DNA of 64,000 nucleotides from assembly GCA_028865345.1 (NCBI GenBank), contig JAGWKL010000001.1, positions 63,296 to 127,295 of the forward strand, in the 5' to 3' direction. This stretch comes from Candidatus Omnitrophota bacterium (GTDB lineage: Bacteria; Omnitrophota; Gorgyraeia; Zapsychrales; Fredricksoniimonadaceae). Every line of letters starts with the position of its first letter. Position 1 is the first letter of the stretch. A program made the position numbers and the translations under genes. Below, in pieces: positions 52,053 through 60,524 of this stretch. The notes beneath the pieces are model-generated. The model was not told the origin of the DNA, did no database searches, and was given only the letters and a program-made list of their open reading frames with translations.

Positions 52053-53129
52053 TCATGACAAGCCTTGAGAATTCCTGTCCTTGCCATGCGCCGTCAGCGG
52101 AGCCTCCGTGGCTTTGCACAATAAACAAGGGCGCCAATAGTTCTTGGAAATATCCATGACAGGGCTGAAATCTTCTTTCCCGGAAATGATCTCATCAAAG
52201 CTTTGTGATAATAAATTACCGAAAAAAAACGGGTCCTGATCAATGGGCAGGCCGTTGACGGCGCGGAAGGGATTATAACAGCCGTAACAATCCCCGTTGC
52301 CGTCGATAAACAACACGTATTTATGCACCCCGCAGGTGTAACAACAACCGGCATCTGTGCCGCGGCCCTCTGAAAAAGGCCTCAACCTCTCCAGAAGCTT
52401 CTCGGTCTTCTTTATAAAATCCTGCAGGTTCGTACAATCCCATAAGTCTTTACGGCGGCTGTTGAGTTTTGCCAGCAGTAAGACCTTGTGCAGCCCTTCA
52501 TAATCGAATCCAAGGTGCTTGGGGGTCTTGATATAATTGTGCACATGCTGATAAGAAACATATAATTTCCTGCCCCCTAATTCGGCAGCGAGCAAACGAT
52601 TGACCTCCTGGGGGAATGTAAATGCGTCTTTCAATGATTGTGCCGTAACGACATAATTGGTCCGCAGGGTTATGCCCAGGCCGTTTTCCAGAATGCCGCG
52701 AAGGACGTTTTTGACCGATCCGATGCAGCGGTCAAAAGAAAATCCCGGCGAGGGTTGGTGGATCCTGGCCAGGCCCTCCTGGTCCACGGCGTTCAAATTG
52801 ATTGTCAACGTCCGTATAAAGGGCAGGACCTCGAGAATGGCCTTGTCATTAAGGGCATTGGACAACAGCTCGATCTTATAACCAAGCTCATGGGCCATGG
52901 CCACCACCTTGGTGAATGCCGGGTTCAAAGTCGGTTCACCCCTGCCGCCTATTTCCAGCACCCGGAATCCATGCGCGTAAGCCGACAAGAGGACATCGTT
53001 CCAGCGCTGCAAGCTCATGGAATCTTTATCGCTTAAGGGATGCTCTTCTTTGACATAGCCATACATGCAAAATGTGCAGTGATATTGGCAGCCATCGTAA
53101 AGCGAGACGAGCAATCTTTTATCTTCCAT
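52053..53129 (-). CDS. Radical SAM protein with SPASM-like C-terminus
   Basis: CQYHCTFCMYGY, plus a C-terminal AGCCYTCGVHKY...GDCYGCYNPF. Confidence 0.8.
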   Translation of the reverse strand: MEDKRLLVSLYDGCQYHCTFCMYGYVKEEHPLSDKDSMSLQRWNDVLLSAYAHGFRVLEIGGRGEPTLNPAFTKVVAMAHELGYKIELLSNALNDKAILEVLPFIRTLTINLNAVDQEGLARIHQPSPGFSFDRCIGSVKNVLRGILENGLGITLRTNYVVTAQSLKDAFTFPQEVNRLLAAELGGRKLYVSYQHVHNYIKTPKHLGFDYEGLHKVLLLAKLNSRRKDLWDCTNLQDFIKKTEKLLERLRPFSEGRGTDAGCCYTCGVHKYVLFIDGNGDCYGCYNPFRAVNGLPIDQDPFFFGNLLSQSFDEIISGKEDFSPVMDISKNYWRPCLLCKATEAPLTAHGKDRNSQGLS

Positions 53130-54312
53130 ACGCCGCCTCCTGCCTTTTGTCACCGTAAAAAACAAGCCCCTCGTCCTCAAAGAAAGATTGCCGGGTGAAC
53201 CATCCCTTGCGCAATCCTTCGCGATAAAGCGCCGTACCGGGCAATATCACAAGCCGGTTGGTGGATACTTTGACGTCCGGGCCCAATTCCTTAAGCGCCG
53301 ACAATGTTAAATTCCGGTCCTGCTCAGTTTCTCCGGGGTTATCGACCGTAATCATGACCTCCACCTTCAGGCCGGCTTCTTGGGACCAACGCACGGCATT
53401 CAATATGTCCTGCCGGCTGTACCTTTTCCCGAGGCGATGCAAGACCGCGGGAGAAGCAGATTCTACTCCAAAGTAAATCTCCCGGCAAGCGGAACGTCCC
53501 ATTAAGAAAAGCATTTTCTTGTTCACTGAGCTCACACAAGCCGAACAGGCCCAGAAAAACTGTCCTTTGATCCGGCGCATCCCCGCGCATATGGCCGTAA
53601 GACGTTTCTGATCCGCCGCAAAATCTTCATCCAACAATTCGATCTCCCCGGCCTGATTATTCTCCACGAGATCCCTGACCTCATCCAACACATTGGCCAC
53701 GCTGCGATACCGCAATCCCCCTCCCCAATGGACGTTACGGTCGCAAAATACGCAATGATGCTGGCACCCGCGGGCGGTCATGAGAAATGCACGGGGATGC
53801 CCCTGGTTATAAAAATAAGGGCCGATAAAAGGGATCTCATCCAAATTAGGGAAAGAATGTTTTACGGTATGGATGATCGTTCCCTCGTGCCTATAAGATA
53901 TGTTGGGGACCGTTTTTAACGGTGAACGCCCTTCTAATACGGCGGGAATTACGAATTCCGGATCATCCTTGACCACGATGTCCGCCAGCCCGCTTAAAAG
54001 GATCTCGTCGGAGAACACGGAAGCAAAGGGGCCGAAAGCAATGATAAGACGGGGAGGTTTCGGCAATCGGCGGGCATTTTCCATATGGAGAAAAGCGTTC
54101 GCCTTATTCCCAAAGAATATCGCGTAGCAGCAGACCTCGGCTGGGCCCTCCCGGCGGGGAGAATCTTTCCCATTCTTTGCCGCCAAGTTCACGCATCGGG
54201 CATCCCATCCCTTTTGGAGAAGCGCCAGGAATACGCCTCCAAAGCTATACCGGTCTAAAGGGGGGCAACCGCAGGCCGGCCGCGCATAATCCGCGAAGAT
54301 GACTTCGATCAA
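53119..54312 (-). CDS. Class B-like radical SAM protein (N-terminal B12-binding-type domain + radical SAM)
   Basis: A ~190-aa Rossmann-like N-terminal domain followed by ARGCQHHCVFCD. Confidence 0.7.
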   Translation of the reverse strand: MIEVIFADYARPACGCPPLDRYSFGGVFLALLQKGWDARCVNLAAKNGKDSPRREGPAEVCCYAIFFGNKANAFLHMENARRLPKPPRLIIAFGPFASVFSDEILLSGLADIVVKDDPEFVIPAVLEGRSPLKTVPNISYRHEGTIIHTVKHSFPNLDEIPFIGPYFYNQGHPRAFLMTARGCQHHCVFCDRNVHWGGGLRYRSVANVLDEVRDLVENNQAGEIELLDEDFAADQKRLTAICAGMRRIKGQFFWACSACVSSVNKKMLFLMGRSACREIYFGVESASPAVLHRLGKRYSRQDILNAVRWSQEAGLKVEVMITVDNPGETEQDRNLTLSALKELGPDVKVSTNRLVILPGTALYREGLRKGWFTRQSFFEDEGLVFYGDKRQEAAYGR

Positions 54313-54440
54313 AGGATCTCCTTTTCTTCTTTAGCACCTTTTGGGGCAAATCCAAGGCCGGCGCATCTAGGCCTATTGCCGCCCTAATAAAGCATACTAT
54401 AAGCTGCGTTCCTTTGCCGTACTTTGTCTCGCCGCAAACG

Positions 54441-55322
54441 TCACGCCCCTGCCTTCCTGGCCTTGCGCAAGATCAGATCCAATGCCGGAGTTTTAAGGCC
54501 CTGACGCCTGGCCTGGCGCACAAGCGCCCCTGTTATGTAATCAAGTTCCGTCGGCCGGCCTGCCCGCCTATCCTCGAACAAGGTCCCGCGGTGAGCGATC
54601 CCCTTCAAATCACCCTGGCGCACCCTCTTTATTATTTTCAAAGGATCAAAAGCCAGGCGGACCCTTAAAGCACGGGCTACGGCCTTGCCTTCTTCGACAG
54701 CCTGACGCACCGATTTCCAGACGCAAGCATCTGTCCTTAAAACATCATATCCCCTGCCTTCGATCACAGGCAACGGGTTCATCACCGCGCTGAAGATCAA
54801 CTTGGCCCAGGTGATCCTTGAAGATCGGGACACCAAAGAAGCCTTTAAACCGGCATCGGACAAGAGGCGGCAAAACCAGCCGGCCGCTTGTTTGTGCCGG
54901 TCGCATGCCAAAAAGAACCTTCCCTGATAATGAAAAACCGGCTTGCCTTTCACATTACCGACGGCGGAAGTGGTCACTCCCCGCACCAAAGCCGCTTCGG
55001 GCAGTCCATGGGCGATCCGGGGAAGGTCCAGAAGCCCATTTTGCAAGAAGAGCACCCGCCGGGCAGCCCCTATGATTTTCAACCCGGCCAGCGCCCGCGC
55101 GGCGTCATAGCATTTCGTTGCCACGATAACCCCGTCGAACGATCTTCCCCTGAGGCCGGCAGGGTCATGAAAAACCGGCACCTTGACCCTGGCCCGGGGA
55201 CAAGGGTCGAGGACCGTCACCGACGCGCAAGGCCCGAGGCGAAGGGCAAGGGCCCCTCCCAATGCCCCGCATCCGACGATCAACAACTGCCGTCTTTGCC
55301 CTGTGCGTCTAAACGATTGCAA
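54441..55322 (-). CDS. 2-dehydropantoate 2-reductase (PanE/ApbA)-family NAD(P)-dependent oxidoreductase
   Basis: N-terminal LLIVGCGALGGALALRLG dinucleotide-binding motif and a PanE-like length of 293 aa. Confidence 0.65.
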   Translation of the reverse strand: MQSFRRTGQRRQLLIVGCGALGGALALRLGPCASVTVLDPCPRARVKVPVFHDPAGLRGRSFDGVIVATKCYDAARALAGLKIIGAARRVLFLQNGLLDLPRIAHGLPEAALVRGVTTSAVGNVKGKPVFHYQGRFFLACDRHKQAAGWFCRLLSDAGLKASLVSRSSRITWAKLIFSAVMNPLPVIEGRGYDVLRTDACVWKSVRQAVEEGKAVARALRVRLAFDPLKIIKRVRQGDLKGIAHRGTLFEDRRAGRPTELDYITGALVRQARRQGLKTPALDLILRKARKAGA

Positions 55323-55334
55323 AAGCAGACTCCT

Positions 55335-56720
55335 TCAAACTCCTGCCATGGACAGGACACTGCTGTTCAATTGTTCCAATGTCCGGCTTTTCAATATCAA
55401 TTTGGTCAAATCCCCTCCCTGATAGCGCAGCAGCCGGTCATAATCTCTGATGACTTTCTGCTGCGGCCTGGATTTGAGAAAAGTCACCAACTGCTGCATC
55501 AGGGCAAGGCTGTCCTCCGCTTCCGTCATGTACCAAAAATCAAAGAAAGGTTCGCGCAAACACACCTGCAGGATATCGCGCATCAACGCCGGGCTTATCT
55601 CCATCTGGGAGGGAAGGAAATTCATAATGAACATAAAGGGGACAATATAATTAGCTGCCGCAGGGGATCTATGGCGCCTGTTGAACAGTATCTGCCAGCC
55701 GATATTCGGTTCAACACCCTCTATGGCCCCCACCCGAAGCACCACTTCGAGGTTACGGCGCAGGGCCGAAGGGGTTTCCCCCCGTATCCCCATCATAAAA
55801 GAAAGATGGATTTCCGTTTCTTTCCGGCGGTACTTCAGGAATTCCGCCAGTCTTTTGGGGGAGTTTTCCCCCTTGCGGATCCGCCTTAACAGGGACAAAT
55901 CCACATGCTCCACGCCGAAGAAAATCGTCCGGCATCCTGCCGCGGTCATCCGGCCATAAATATCGGGGTCGATATCGTCCAACCTGGTCTTGCAGCGCCA
56001 GGTCACGCCGGGGTTTTCCCGTTGCAGCCGCGCCAGGAAATCTTCGGTAAAGGGCCTGTCCGAAATAAAATTGGGTTCGCAGAATTCAAAATAAGTTTTT
56101 CCGCTCTTTTCGGCAAAACGCATCCACCGCAGGACCCTGTCCGGTGAATGTCTGGTTATCGCCGGGGAACCTTCAAAAGGCAGGCGGTTGTAACAAAAAG
56201 AACAGTTGGCCCAGCAGCCGAAGGTCAGGTATTCCCAAAAACGGTAATGCTCGTACCCGTATCGCTTGAGCGACGCCCCAAGACCTTCAAAGAAAGCGTC
56301 CTCGGTCAGCCGGGGATTCCCGATATGCCGGAGAATATATTCGTCGATATTCAACGGGCTGAAAACAATGTTGTCCCTTTGGATCAACGAGGTTTCATAC
56401 AAAGAAAAATAAGGAGAACAAATAATGATCTTTTTATCCTTTAACAAAGGCAGATAAAGGTAGAGAAAGATGAGGGACTCGATCTTGGGATAATTATTAT
56501 GGCAAGCCATGGAAACAAGGACGGTGTCTTCCTTGATGCCGGACAGCACATGCATCAACGATGAACGAAAATCAGGGTCCGGGGAACGTTCGATATCATA
56601 AAATCCGTAAGGGTGGCCCAATGCATCAAGGAGGCTCAGGGCCTTCATCAGCCCAACCGGCAAGAGTTCATGATGTTTGGGAATGATCTGAAGGATCGCA
56701 AGCGAACGGCCTTTCTTCAT
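55335..56720 (-). CDS. Radical SAM protein with large N-terminal domain (class B/B12-binding-like candidate)
   Basis: A ~200-aa N-terminal domain followed by GCWANCSFCYNRL (CX3CX2C). Confidence 0.65.
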   Translation of the reverse strand: MKKGRSLAILQIIPKHHELLPVGLMKALSLLDALGHPYGFYDIERSPDPDFRSSLMHVLSGIKEDTVLVSMACHNNYPKIESLIFLYLYLPLLKDKKIIICSPYFSLYETSLIQRDNIVFSPLNIDEYILRHIGNPRLTEDAFFEGLGASLKRYGYEHYRFWEYLTFGCWANCSFCYNRLPFEGSPAITRHSPDRVLRWMRFAEKSGKTYFEFCEPNFISDRPFTEDFLARLQRENPGVTWRCKTRLDDIDPDIYGRMTAAGCRTIFFGVEHVDLSLLRRIRKGENSPKRLAEFLKYRRKETEIHLSFMMGIRGETPSALRRNLEVVLRVGAIEGVEPNIGWQILFNRRHRSPAAANYIVPFMFIMNFLPSQMEISPALMRDILQVCLREPFFDFWYMTEAEDSLALMQQLVTFLKSRPQQKVIRDYDRLLRYQGGDLTKLILKSRTLEQLNSSVLSMAGV

Positions 56721-57595
56721 CGCGCCCTCCTGGTTTTTTCAAGTACAAGGTAACCGCTGTCAGACTCTCCTAAATCAACTTTTAAACCCAACGGGCGCGC
56801 CTGCTGAGCAAGCACGCGGCCGGGAGAAACCCCGCCGCCCATAAAATCATTCCCCGGGTCAAGATAACCGATGATCCGCCCCCCCGGACGTAACAGACCC
56901 GCCATTCCTGCCAGCTTTGCCCGATAGTACTCCAGAGGTTCCTGCCAAAAAATATCCGACAAATAAATCACATCCAATGATCTTTTTCTAAAATAATCCG
57001 GGCTGTCAAATATGTCCATTTGAGCAAACCTCAAAGATCCAAGCCGCGCGCGCACTCTGGCTACAAACGACGGGTCTTTTTTCCAAAACGGTCCGGATTC
57101 CGGGTTTAGAACCATTTCACCCGCAGTAATGAACGAATACTTTTCAGCCAGTCCGGCGGGGGGAAGGATCCTTTCCCCTGTGGCCTTATTGTACAAATAC
57201 ATCTGCTGCAAGTGCCGGAAATTCCTTTTGATCGCTGTGATTTGACCGTGATGCGCCCGGTGCAATTGCTCAAAAGAAGGCATCATATTGTTTTGTTTTA
57301 TAAAAAAGGCCTTGGCAGCGAGCACAAAAAGTTGGGCACAATTAAGATCCACCGCCCACAAAGTCCCTTTCCTGCACCCGGCGCCGAGCATCGTCAATGC
57401 CTGATCGCCGCCGCCGCAGCAGGCCAAAATGTTCGGGCAATCTCCGGCGGCGGTGATCAGCGCCGCAAGCCTGGGGAGAGGTTCGGTAGAATCGAAATAC
57501 CGGACAAAACCCCCGTAACGCTTTAACGTGCTGTTGATCCCCTGAGGCTTGATCACAGCGTTCCTTTTCATCATCAAAGACGGCCCCTCCTTCAA
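56717..57595 (-). CDS. DUF3419/BtaA-like SAM-binding protein (possible 3-amino-3-carboxypropyl or methyl transferase)
   Basis: ILACCGGGDQALTMLGAG...VDLNCAQLFVLAAK resembles the DUF3419 signature (I.SaGdN.L...aVDlNpaQ). Confidence 0.45.
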   Translation of the reverse strand: MKEGPSLMMKRNAVIKPQGINSTLKRYGGFVRYFDSTEPLPRLAALITAAGDCPNILACCGGGDQALTMLGAGCRKGTLWAVDLNCAQLFVLAAKAFFIKQNNMMPSFEQLHRAHHGQITAIKRNFRHLQQMYLYNKATGERILPPAGLAEKYSFITAGEMVLNPESGPFWKKDPSFVARVRARLGSLRFAQMDIFDSPDYFRKRSLDVIYLSDIFWQEPLEYYRAKLAGMAGLLRPGGRIIGYLDPGNDFMGGGVSPGRVLAQQARPLGLKVDLGESDSGYLVLEKTRRAR

Positions 57596-57620
57596 AAAAA
57601 GATCCCCGGGAAACCCTCCC

Positions 57621-59333
57621 TCATTTTTTCTTCAGGCAAAAATATTGTCCGAAAACATCTGTATTCTGAAACATTTTTAAAAACACGACAATGTTGCGTT
57701 TGGCCTGCGTGGAGAGGCCGGAAGTCCTTTGGGCAAGCCTCGTGAGTTCCTGGCCGGATAAAATTTTTCCGCTCAATTGTTCAAAGAAGCGGATCGACAG
57801 CGGGTCCTTGACCGTAAGCGTAAGGCCCTTGCGGCTGGAGCCTAATTTAAGTTCCCCGGCAACGCAGACGCATTGGTCCGGATGAAAATAATACAGGCGG
57901 TCTTCTCCGGAAGGCACCTGTCCCTTCAATTCGATGAACCGTACGATTTTCCAGAAATAGGCCCTGTCCTTGTTGGTTCTTAATTTCAGCTCGGCCAAGC
58001 GGTATAAATCTGAAAAAGAAAGCTTTTTGTCCACAACATGTTGTTCAAAGACCTGCCGCACCTTGGCGTCGGCGATGCGGACCAAGCGCCCTAAGGAACC
58101 TTTGCTCACATAATAAATTTTGTTGGCCTTCTTGAGACGGTCGGCGGCGCTTATGCCGCGGGGCAAAAAAGTATCCTCGCTTTCCTGTTGAAGATGCTTG
58201 GCCCTTTCCGTGATGGGGGAAGGCTTGAAATGCCTGGAAAACCCGCCCCGTAAAATCGTCCGGTTGATCCTTTCATTGACACCTTTATTAAACACGCTTC
58301 CGGAATACCAGGTGCCTATCCCCTCGACCAGCGTGTTGATCAGCGCATTGCAGTTTCTGTCATACCATTGGTGGTCGAATTGACCTTTGTTTTTATTAAG
58401 ATTATCGGCAACGGTGAGCGCTTCCAGCATGGCCACCCCTGAACCGGCCGAATAGACGGGATCGGCAAAACAACAGGCGTCTCCAATGAGGATCCAATTG
58501 GCACCAGTGCATTGCCGGCTGCGCCTGGAATAATTAGGGCGGCAATGGACCTCTTTCATATAAGGCGCAATGGCCCTGCCGGGGTTTCGGGCAATGGACG
58601 TCAGCCGCCAACAGGCGGCAGCATGCTTTCCGGTGTATTCAAAAAGCTCTTTCTCGGACAGAGGTTCGCCCCGATGCAGAAGACCCATGCTTAAAATTGA
58701 ACTGCGGTAAATAGGGATTTGCCATATCCAACTGTCCGCGGCGATCTTATTGATCACCGTCCAATTGGCCCAAGAGTCAGCCTCCCGGTTTAAACTGTCT
58801 ATGGCCCAATAACTCCATTGCGCCTTCATGCCTGCAAACTGGTCGACAGGCGTCACCAGGTTGAGCTTATTGGCGAGGACCATGGCCGGACCGGAACAGT
58901 CCAAAATATATTTTGTAAACCGGTATGTGTTGTGGTCCGTCTTAACGGTGTTCTTTGCCAAATCAATATCAAGAATGGTTTCCTGGCGGATATCGACGGA
59001 GAGTTCCTTGGCAAGCAGTTCTTCAATTTCCCGGCGCTCACAATGAAAGGCAAACGACCTGCCCAATGCCGTAGGAAAATGGCTCGCATACCGGCCATGG
59101 TAGGAATCACAGAAAATCGTCCCCAGCTTTCTGGTGAAGCTTTTCATCTTCACGATTTTAGGGATCAGGCTGATCAAGCCGGGGTCTTCATTGATGAGAG
59201 TAGGAACATGCGATTCCCCTATTTTGTATTGGAAAGGTTTTTTGTCGATGAGGATGGTCTTGCCCAGCAGCTTGTATTTCAAGCCGATCCCGGCAAACCC
59301 GGCGCCTATGATCAGATAATCGCATGTCACCAT
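57621..59333 (-). CDS. Flavin-dependent halogenase (tryptophan-halogenase family) with ~180-aa C-terminal extension
   Basis: GAGFAG FAD motif, K-IGES lysine block, WIWQIP (WxWxIP) and FADPVYSAGSG. Start chosen at MVTCDYLIIGAG. Confidence 0.7.
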   Translation of the reverse strand: MVTCDYLIIGAGFAGIGLKYKLLGKTILIDKKPFQYKIGESHVPTLINEDPGLISLIPKIVKMKSFTRKLGTIFCDSYHGRYASHFPTALGRSFAFHCERREIEELLAKELSVDIRQETILDIDLAKNTVKTDHNTYRFTKYILDCSGPAMVLANKLNLVTPVDQFAGMKAQWSYWAIDSLNREADSWANWTVINKIAADSWIWQIPIYRSSILSMGLLHRGEPLSEKELFEYTGKHAAACWRLTSIARNPGRAIAPYMKEVHCRPNYSRRSRQCTGANWILIGDACCFADPVYSAGSGVAMLEALTVADNLNKNKGQFDHQWYDRNCNALINTLVEGIGTWYSGSVFNKGVNERINRTILRGGFSRHFKPSPITERAKHLQQESEDTFLPRGISAADRLKKANKIYYVSKGSLGRLVRIADAKVRQVFEQHVVDKKLSFSDLYRLAELKLRTNKDRAYFWKIVRFIELKGQVPSGEDRLYYFHPDQCVCVAGELKLGSSRKGLTLTVKDPLSIRFFEQLSGKILSGQELTRLAQRTSGLSTQAKRNIVVFLKMFQNTDVFGQYFCLKKK

Positions 59334-59387
59334 ACATTTGCCTCCTGTAACTGTGGACGGTTTAAGGCCTGAAGCTGCCCGGAACAT

Positions 59388-59583
59388 CGACGACCAAAGA
59401 TCTCAGCACGGGCCGGCAAAAAATGGATCACCCCGAGATACGCTTATGAATGGCGTTGAGTTCCTTGTATTTTATTGGGCCTTGACGGAGATATCAAGAA
59501 AAACCCGCCATTTCCCACGGACTGCCGGCAGCCGCACTTTTGAAAGAACCTTATTCACAAATATGCCCTTTTAAATTAGACTA
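59388..59583. promoter_or_regulatory. Divergent intergenic region between halogenase operon (minus) and prepilin peptidase gene (plus)
   Basis: 196-nt spacer between divergent starts. It is the likely promoter region for the long minus-strand operon 59333 to 52053. Confidence 0.35.
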
Positions 59584-60483
59584 ATGGCCATGACCGCTTT
59601 GGGGGTGATCATCCTGTGTGTCGGTGTATTAACCACGTTTACCGATCTTAAGAACAAAAAAATATATAATCTCCACTTGGGCCTTGGCGCCCTCATGGGC
59701 CTGCTGGCCGTGGCCTACACAGCTCTCAAAGGCCAGGAACACGTGCTTTTTCATCTTGTCGACGGCGCGGTTGCTTTTGGCGTCGGGTTTCTCCTGCACC
59801 GCTCTTCACTTTGGAAAGGCGGCGACGCCAAACTCTTTGCGCTCTATGCGTTTCTGATGCCGCCGCCGGAATTCAAACTGATCATCTTTCCGCAAGTGAC
59901 GGATCTGTTCGCCTGTTCCTTCATTGCAGGCACCATCCTGCTCATACCTCTTCTTATTAAAAATATTATCATAAATCGCGGGACAATTGCAACCCAGGCC
60001 TTTTCCCCGGCCAAAAGGCGCGGCCTCGGGTCGGCCATGGGGACCTTGATTTTCTATTCCTGGGCGCTGTTTCCCATCTATTACCTGGCCCGGCTTACGA
60101 ACCCCGTGGTCATTCTGTTTATCCTTTATTGCTTCTTCAATTGGGGCTATTCCACCAGGGAAATCAAGAAAGATGAAGTGGCGGCGCACAGAAAAAGATT
60201 TTATCTTGAGCTGTTGATCGTATTTTTGGTCGGGTTTCTCAGCCGCCTTTGGCTGGCGCCGGATTCCCTTGATGGGCCCTCCCTTTTACGCTATGGTCTT
60301 ATGATCGTATTTTCCTGCACCGTGTCTGTCTGCATCCACACCGTCCTGGAGCATGTCAAAGAATACCGTGACCGGGTGCCGTTTGCGCCGTTGCTATTTC
60401 TGGGATGCCTGCTGAGTTATACGCCTTTTTTGACATATCTGACGCGCCTGTTGGTCCGGTGGAACATCTTTTTCTACCGCTGA
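59584..60483 (+). CDS. A24-family type IV prepilin peptidase (TadV/CpaA/FlaK-like, no N-methyltransferase domain evident)
   Basis: Polytopic membrane protein with a GGDAKLFA second catalytic Asp motif and an Asp in the first cytoplasmic loop (FTDLKN). Confidence 0.75.
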   Translation: MAMTALGVIILCVGVLTTFTDLKNKKIYNLHLGLGALMGLLAVAYTALKGQEHVLFHLVDGAVAFGVGFLLHRSSLWKGGDAKLFALYAFLMPPPEFKLIIFPQVTDLFACSFIAGTILLIPLLIKNIIINRGTIATQAFSPAKRRGLGSAMGTLIFYSWALFPIYYLARLTNPVVILFILYCFFNWGYSTREIKKDEVAAHRKRFYLELLIVFLVGFLSRLWLAPDSLDGPSLLRYGLMIVFSCTVSVCIHTVLEHVKEYRDRVPFAPLLFLGCLLSYTPFLTYLTRLLVRWNIFFYR

Positions 60484-60524
60484 AGAAAGTTAGCAAAAAC
60501 GGCAAACCGTGTTATTATTAAAAT

